Below, piece after piece: positions 63,197-64,000 of a stretch of 64,000 nt of DNA. Position numbers and translations under genes: made by a program. Positions within the stretch are counted from its first letter, which is position 1. Each line of letters begins with the position of its first letter. Location: positions 1 through 64,000 of the forward strand of contig CAWCBP010000009.1 in assembly GCA_963793865.1 (NCBI GenBank), in the 5' to 3' direction. The stretch comes from an uncultured delta proteobacterium. GTDB lineage: Bacteria > Desulfobacterota > WTBG01. The notes beneath the pieces were generated by a model. It was not told the origin of the DNA and searched no databases. It saw only the letters and a list, made by a program, of their open reading frames with translations.

Positions 63197-64000
63197 TTGA
63201 AAAAAGAAACCAATGCTGAGAACAAATCTTTACATTTAAAAAAAGATTCTTTTGGAATTGGTAAAGATGAAGCTCCTGATGTTATCCTGCCTGAAAATGC
63301 CTTAATTGATAACATGCTTCTGGGGGATGATCGGGATTTGCCTGTCGCCGCCGGGTCCAGAAACGGTCAGCCCTCCTGGTCCGCGCCGGAAGAAAGCGCG
63401 GAACAAAGTGATGAACAGCCGGAAGAGGAGGCGGATGCAGAAGGGGCTGAATCCGCTGATGATCCACTCGTACTGTATCTGCAGCAAATCCGTCCCATAT
63501 CGCTGATTGACCGGGAGCGGGAAGTGGAAATAGTAAAGCGGGTGGAAGAGGGGGAAAAAGAGATCGCCAGGGTGATAGTCAATACGCCCATAACCGTAAA
63601 CGAAGTTGTGCGCATAGGGAAGCGGCTGGGCGCAGGGGAGATTTCTGTTAGAGAGATCATCAATGGTCTGGAGGATGATGAGATAGAAATCGATGAAGCG
63701 TACTACACCCGGAAAGTGCTTGCCTTAATCGGTAAGATCAAAACGTGCGATCAAAAGAGGTTGGTGCTGAAGCGGCAGCTCCATCAAAATGGGACGAGCG
63801 ATAGCAAGCGGAAAAGGCTGCTTAAGAAAATCGACGAAGCGGGCGATGCCATTGTCAATCTGCTCCAGGAAATAAATCTGAACAAGACGCAGATGGGTTA
63901 CATCACACAGAAATTAAAACGCTTCCTTGAGGCAATGGAAAGGGCGGAAGGGGACATTGCGCAGTGCGCGGAAAAGTCAGGGTTGCCTCCGGCTCAGATC
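63197..64000 (+). CDS. Sigma-70 group 1-like (RpoD paralog), N-terminal part; runs off window
   Basis: Manual translation from TTG 63197 gives an acidic region, then DDPLVLYLQQIRPISLIDREREVEIVKRVEEGE (region 1.2) and a non-conserved region. Confidence 0.8.
   Translation, partial: MKKETNAENKSLHLKKDSFGIGKDEAPDVILPENALIDNMLLGDDRDLPVAAGSRNGQPSWSAPEESAEQSDEQPEEEADAEGAESADDPLVLYLQQIRPISLIDREREVEIVKRVEEGEKEIARVIVNTPITVNEVVRIGKRLGAGEISVREIINGLEDDEIEIDEAYYTRKVLALIGKIKTCDQKRLVLKRQLHQNGTSDSKRKRLLKKIDEAGDAIVNLLQEINLNKTQMGYITQKLKRFLEAMERAEGDIAQCAEKSGLPPAQI

Overview
This is a bacterial chromosome segment, probably from an anaerobic Desulfobacterota/Syntrophales-type organism (inferred from gene content), spanning the likely replication origin. 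Left to right it holds: (1) an acetate/C1 block (partial fhs, AcuC-like deacetylase, two tandem NDK-like genes, biotin carboxyltransferase, acs, OFA-type MFS); (2) efp, an M24 peptidase, dnaN, a putative oriC and dnaA; (3) mreBCD-mrdA-rodA, ppiD, rarA, nadK, recN; (4) a displaced rpmH-rnpA-yidD-yidC-jag-mnmE block, tRNA-Arg(CCT), a ~1140-aa Cys-rich secreted repeat protein, ogt, rpsT, holA, lptE and leuS; (5) an HUH/Y1 transposase inside perfect 26-bp terminal inverted repeats and a 14-repeat WD40 gene; (6) an ~18-kb operon combining an atypical W/Mo aldehyde:ferredoxin oxidoreductase, a BamC-like FeS protein, several HdrA/B/C/D-like and MvhD-like subunits, a split HdrL-like NAD(P)H module and MoaD. 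Three genes in that operon carry in-frame TGA codons followed by SECIS-like hairpins (probable selenoproteins missed by the ORF track). The window ends in a divergent rpoD-like gene behind a sigma-54-type promoter. Several genes, including essential dnaN, have single-base frameshifts that look like sequencing errors. The strongest candidate for an undescribed system is the AOR-BamC-Hdr/Mvh selenoprotein operon. All family calls rest on recalled motifs, not database searches.
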